12,288 nucleotides of DNA from Octopus sinensis (taxonomy: Eukaryota). A program made the translations under genes and the position numbers. The stretch lies in the NCBI RefSeq assembly GCF_006345805.1, contig NW_021826609.1, positions 1 through 12,288 on the forward strand. The letters run 5' to 3'. This document shows positions 7,986 through 12,288 of this stretch, one piece after another; within the stretch, counting starts at the first letter, position 1; each line of letters begins with the position of its first letter. The notes under the pieces are model-generated. The model was not told the origin of the DNA, made no database searches, and saw only the letters and a list, made by a program, of their open reading frames with translations.

Positions 7986-8858
7986 GCAGAACCTGGTTTG
8001 GGAGAGGGATTTAGCTGCTCTTTCTAAAAACTGAACCGAACAGACAGAGGCTTTCTAGTTCAAACCTGTTATTCATTTTCCTGTTGTTGCTGTTATTTAA
8101 CCCTAGGTCACGTCTGGTTACTCCGAAATATAATCAATGGACTTCTAACCATGATCGTCGCATCCTTTTTTTCAAGGCAGAATGTATCCACGATCATATT
8201 ATCCAGCCACTTTGCCATAACAATATATCGTGATATGATGGGGATTTGCTTGCTATTTCTAACAGATCAAATCGCTGTGTAATATGTTCTCCTGTCTTGC
8301 TGAAGTGTGCTTTTATTAATGGCTGTCTTTGCTTCAAATCGGGGCAAGTGTCTCGTCTCCAGTAACTTTAACAAAAAAAAAAAAATAATAAATTTCTTTA
8401 AAGCAGCTTGAAGTTTCGTAATTCTGACCCTACCAGCCACCCGATTGCTACCCGCACCCCCTCCCAACATCCTCCCACACTCCACCACGCACCACCACCG
8501 CCACCGCCCTCATTCACGATAAGCAGGTATCACGGAAAAGATCACTTCCGCATGCTTAACATATCATCTCAGCAGCAGATTTACTCACTCGTTTTATTTA
8601 TTTGTTTAGTTTTTTTACGTATTTGTTTTTATATTTTCACATTTAGATTTCGGTTTTTTTCTTCTGATTTTGTTTATTTTGCTTTTTTTGTTGTTTTTGT
8701 GCTTTATATTACAAGGACCCTCTTTGTGCGATGCTTAAACGGCCGTTATGTTCTGTGTATATAAAGAACCGTCTGAAGAACTCAGGCAAACTGCCGCCTT
8801 GAGCAGCAGAAATAACCATTTTTTATTTATATATTTAGTTTTGCCTTCAATATTCAGT

Positions 8859-8901
<43 letters not shown>

Positions 8902-8912
8902 CACACACATAT
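8859..8912. repeat. (CA)n microsatellite
   Basis: About 20 perfect CA units. Confidence 0.95.
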
Positions 8913-9154
8913 ACCTGTAAGAGTGTCTGTGTGCGTGTGTCCACGTATGTGATGTGGTGTGCGCGCGCGTGTGTATTAAAATTCTGTGAGAATTTTCGAA
9001 GATGGAATTTAAGGGAATTTCTTCATAGTAAAAAAAGAGAGGAAAAAGAAAAAAAGCTCACATCGGCAGTAAAACCATGTGAACCGATTCCTTATGATGC
9101 AAAACGAGAACCATTGAAATCAAAAAGTAAATAACTGCGAAGAACACTCAGCAT

Positions 9155-9555
9155 ATTCTTTTCTACTCTAGGCACAAGGCCCGAAATATTTGGAGGAAGG
9201 AGCCAAACGATTAGATCGACCCCAGTACGCAGTTGGTACTCAATTTATCAACCTTGAAAGGATGAAAGGCAAAGTCGACTTCGGCGGAATTTGAACTCAG
9301 AACGTAAGACAGACGAAATACCTATTTCTTTACTGCCTACAAGGGGCTAAACACAGAGAGGACAAACAAGGACAGACAAAGGGATTAAGTTGATTATATC
9401 GACACCAATGCGTAACTGGTACTTAATTTATCGACCCCGAAAGAATGAAAGGCAAAGTCGACCTCGGCGGAATTTGAACTCAGAACGTAATGGCAGACGA
9501 AATACGGCTACGCATTTCGCCCGGCGTGCTAACGTTTCTGCGAGCTCGCCGCCTT
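9155..9555 (-). mobile_element. Dimeric tRNA-derived SINE (head-core-tail B + truncated head-core-tail A)
   Basis: Two B-boxes GAGTTCAAATTCC (9469-9481 and 9286-9298) and two copies of the core (aggatgaaaggcaaagtcgac.tcggcggaatttgaactcagaacgtaa). The tails differ between units. The head and tail A match 1408-1632. Confidence 0.9.
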
Positions 9556-9593
9556 GATGATGCCCAGTATATTGTTGGTACATATCGTTCTGT

Positions 9594-9812
9594 ATTCTTT
9601 TATTCTTTTACTTGTTTCAGTCATTTGATTGCGGCCATGCTGCACCACCACCTTTGGTCGAACAAATCGACCGGATGAGTTATATTTTGTAAGCTTACTA
9701 CTTATTCTATCGGTCTCTTTTTGCCGAACCGCTAAGTTACAAGGACGTAAATACACTAACATCGGTCGTCAAGCGATGGTGGGGGACAAACACAGACTAA
9801 CACAAACACATA
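9594..9812 (-). mobile_element. 3' half of a microsatellite-containing tRNA SINE
   Basis: The tail ends in (AAAAGAAT)2 at 9594-9609. The body matches 54-213 and 7570-7646. Confidence 0.88.
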
Positions 9813-9983
9813 CATACATACATACATACATACATACATACATGTATCCATACATACATGCATGCATGCATACATACATACATACATACATACATACAGG
9901 CATGCATACATACATACATACATACATACATACATACACAGACACATACATACATACATACATACATACATACGTATACATAC

Positions 9984-10015
<32 letters not shown>

Positions 10016-10094
10016 GTATACATACATACCTACATACATACATACACAGACACATACATACATACATACATACATACATACATACATACATACA

Positions 10095-10126
<32 letters not shown>
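9807..10126. repeat. (TACA)n tetranucleotide microsatellite
   Basis: About 320 bp of TACA/CATA units with few interruptions. Confidence 0.97.
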
Positions 10127-10127
<1 letters not shown>

Positions 10128-10247
10128 GTTTCTGTTGAAGAACGTAGGCTCGAAACGTAAAAGACTTTTTCGCCTTCCCGAGCGTTAAACTAATACACCT
10201 GTTTGTTGCTTATACACCTGTCTTCGCATTGTTTATCTGTAAATTTC
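10128..10247 (+). mobile_element. Short Penelope-tail-like fragment with a degenerate hammerhead motif
   Basis: tttCTGTTGAa-gaac-gtag-gctc-GAAAcgta-aaag has the CUGANGA / stem II / GAAAC-GUH layout typical of PLE termini. Confidence 0.6.
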
Positions 10248-10353
10248 AGCTAGTAAAGAAGTAAACACCAAGGTGCATAAATCTAGGGTAGGACAGAAAG
10301 TGGCCTCCGTCAAGCCGGGTACGCGATGTCGGTGAGTCAACCCGTGAAGCGCG

Positions 10354-10387
<34 letters not shown>

Positions 10388-10404
10388 GTATGTATGTATA
10401 TAAT

Positions 10405-10570
10405 ATGACGCGCTTCTCTCCGTTTCCGTCTACCAAATCCATTCACAAGGCTTTAGTCGGCCTGAGGTTATAGTAGAAGACACCTACCCAAGGTACCCCT
10501 CAGCGGTACTGAACCCGGAACAATGCGTTTGAGAAGCAAGCTTCTTACCGCACAGCCGCACCTGCGCCTA
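10405..10570 (-). mobile_element. 5' (tRNA-like head) half of the microsatellite-containing SINE
   Basis: The minus strand reads aggcgcaggtgcggctgtgcggtaagaagcttgcttc..ccgggttcagtacc..ccttgggtaggtgtcttctactataacctcaggccgactaaagccttgtgaatggatttggtagacggaaac. It has an A-box-like and a B-box-like element (10505-10515) and ends at a (TA)n tract. Confidence 0.87.
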
Positions 10571-10925
10571 TCCACAGAGCTGCACTTGCGCCTATCCATA
10601 CGGTCCCTCTTGCACCTATCCACACATCCACTACTGCGCCTATTCACACAGCCACTCCTGCGCCTATCTACACGGCCACACCTGCACCTATTCATACAGC
10701 TTATCCACACAGCCGCTCCTGCACTTATCTACAGAGCTGCACTTGCGCCTATTCACACAGCCAATACTGCGCCTATCCACACGGCCACTCCTGCGCCTAT
10801 CTACACGGCCACACCTGCGCCTATTCATACAGCTTATCCACACAGCCGCTCCTGCACTTATCTCCAGAGCTGCACTTGCGCCTATTCACACAGCCAATAC
10901 TGCGCCTATCCACACGGCCACTCCT
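10547..10925. repeat. 24-bp minisatellite derived from the SINE 5' end, with 133-bp higher-order repeat
   Basis: Unit approximately tccacacagccactcctgcgccta. Units end at 10570, 10594, 10618, 10642, 10666, 10690, [13-nt unit 10703], 10727, 10751, 10775, 10799, 10823, [13-nt unit 10836], 10860, 10884 and 10908, with a partial unit to 10925. Confidence 0.95.
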
Positions 10926-11399
10926 CTAGTTATGTGTTATATGAGCAGTCTGAGATTAGAATGAGAGAAAGATATAACAGGCGGTATTTGAAATGCTTCT
11001 GGAGTCACCACAGCTGTGTTTCGGTTGTTTTTAGGGTCACAGTGTAATAACTGAAGGTTTTCTGAACCCAGACTTGCTATCACAATGCGTTTGATCCCTT
11101 CTGGGTGCTCTTTCTCTTTCCTTATCTCTCCCTTCATCTGCCAGTCTATCGACGTATCTATTTCTCTATTAATTGTAACAAAATGATTTTTTTTCACAGC
11201 GAGGGTAAAAAATCTAACAGCGAGTTAACATCTTATGTAGATCCCTTATACATGAGTTTCAGCGGGGCCTGGTTTTAGTCATTGCTTACAGTTTTCAGAT
11301 TTTGCATAGCAGCACCAAGTTTTTCACGAGTAAGATTGATACGAAAGCGCTAGTTAGCATTATGGAATACGCTATTAGGTATATCTTCTTACATATCAA

Positions 11400-11403
11400 C
11401 ACA

Positions 11404-11461
<58 letters not shown>

Positions 11462-11525
11462 ACAGATACACAGACACACATACACATACATACACACACA
11501 CATGCATATACACACACATACATAT
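11400..11525. repeat. (CA)n microsatellite
   Basis: Visible CA repeats. Confidence 0.95.
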
Positions 11526-11529
11526 AAAG

Positions 11530-11690
11530 TTAATCCAAACAAGAAAGCACAAAAAAACACAACAACGCGAGGACGTGGAACAAATATGGTATTATTGGAC
11601 GCTCAGGAAGGAAGGGAAGAAGGAGGGTTTAACGTTTCGAGCGGAGCTCTTCGTCGGAAACATAGGAGAAGGAAAGATCCCGAGAAGGGA
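11530..11690 (-). mobile_element. Short Penelope-tail-like fragment with a minimal hammerhead motif
   Basis: Minus strand 11661-11627 reads gttt-CCGACGA-a-gagc-tcc-gctc-GAAA-cgtt-aaac. The fragment lies between CA-rich tracts; boundaries are approximate. Confidence 0.62.
11627..11661 (-). ncRNA. Putative minimal type I hammerhead ribozyme motif
   Basis: Stem I gttt/aaac. Core CCGACGA (U4 replaced by C relative to CUGANGA) plus an extra A. Perfect stem II gagc/gctc, then GAAA, palindromic ACGT in place of stem III, and the triplet GUU. Confidence 0.5.
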
Positions 11691-11739
11691 ACATAAATGT
11701 ACAGACCTACATATTTAATATGTATATGCATGCAATATA

Positions 11740-11787
11740 TCATACACACATACACACACACACATACATACACACATACACATACAG

Positions 11788-11818
<31 letters not shown>

Positions 11819-11840
11819 AATATATGTATATACATATATA
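11740..11840. repeat. (CA)/(TA) microsatellite
   Basis: Alternating purine-pyrimidine tract. Confidence 0.88.
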
Positions 11841-12175
11841 CATCAATGAATACACACAGACATATTTAATGTGTATATGTATGCAATATGTCACACACAC
11901 ATACACATAAGATATATCATGAATATCAATACATATATAGATATGCTTTGTGTGCCTATAGCCTTGATACACGTAGACAGAAGCGCTAACATAGTCACAA
12001 ATGCAAATCAAACATTTAACCCAATGATTCATATTCACACACGCGCGCACACACACGCATACACAGACACGCACACAGATATATTTGATAGTTAATACAC
12101 ATATACACATATGTGTGTGTGCGTATTAACTATCATATATCTTGCTGGCCTTGTGCTAAAATTTGAAACTAATTC

Positions 12176-12188
12176 ATATTATATATGC

Positions 12189-12219
<31 letters not shown>
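12176..12219. repeat. (TA)n microsatellite
   Basis: Visible TA repeats. Confidence 0.92.
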
Positions 12220-12220
<1 letters not shown>

Positions 12221-12288
12221 CAAATTAATATAAACAACAGTCTGCAATGTTTCATCAGAATTATGACTGTCACTAAATTTGACTAGAT

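Noticed and set aside
8003-8270. Possible decayed interspersed repeat (two gggattt.gc.gct.tttcta motifs)
   Set aside because: It is reminiscent of a cephalopod repeat but too degraded to delimit or classify without a search.
10523-11047. 174-aa ORF with 8-aa repeats, or the 24-bp array as a CRISPR array
   Set aside because: The repeat is the 24-bp SINE-head minisatellite. There are no unique spacers, no cas genes and the context is eukaryotic.
10937-11197. 86-aa minus-strand ORF with ordinary composition
   Set aside because: No recognisable domain and no convincing splice signals on that strand; the length is within chance expectation.

Overview
Repeat-dense eukaryotic non-coding DNA (intergenic or intronic). 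The SINE families and the dense CA/TA/TACA/GGT microsatellites look like an Octopus-type cephalopod genome; this is recognised from memory, not from a search. No intact host protein-coding gene is supported, and almost all ORFs in the track are microsatellite artefacts. The window holds a decayed 5'-truncated RTE-clade LINE ending in three C2H2-like fingers (432-1349, -), a decayed Penelope-like RT (about 2290-3478, -), several tRNA-derived SINEs of four families, a head-to-tail pair of Helentron-associated non-autonomous elements (6661-7383) and a long inverted repeat (5063-5337). The most interesting items are two minimal hammerhead-ribozyme-like motifs in short Penelope-tail-like fragments, a 24-bp minisatellite built from a SINE's Pol III A-box head with a 133-bp higher-order repeat, and a 17-bp-phased cluster of GATA motifs.
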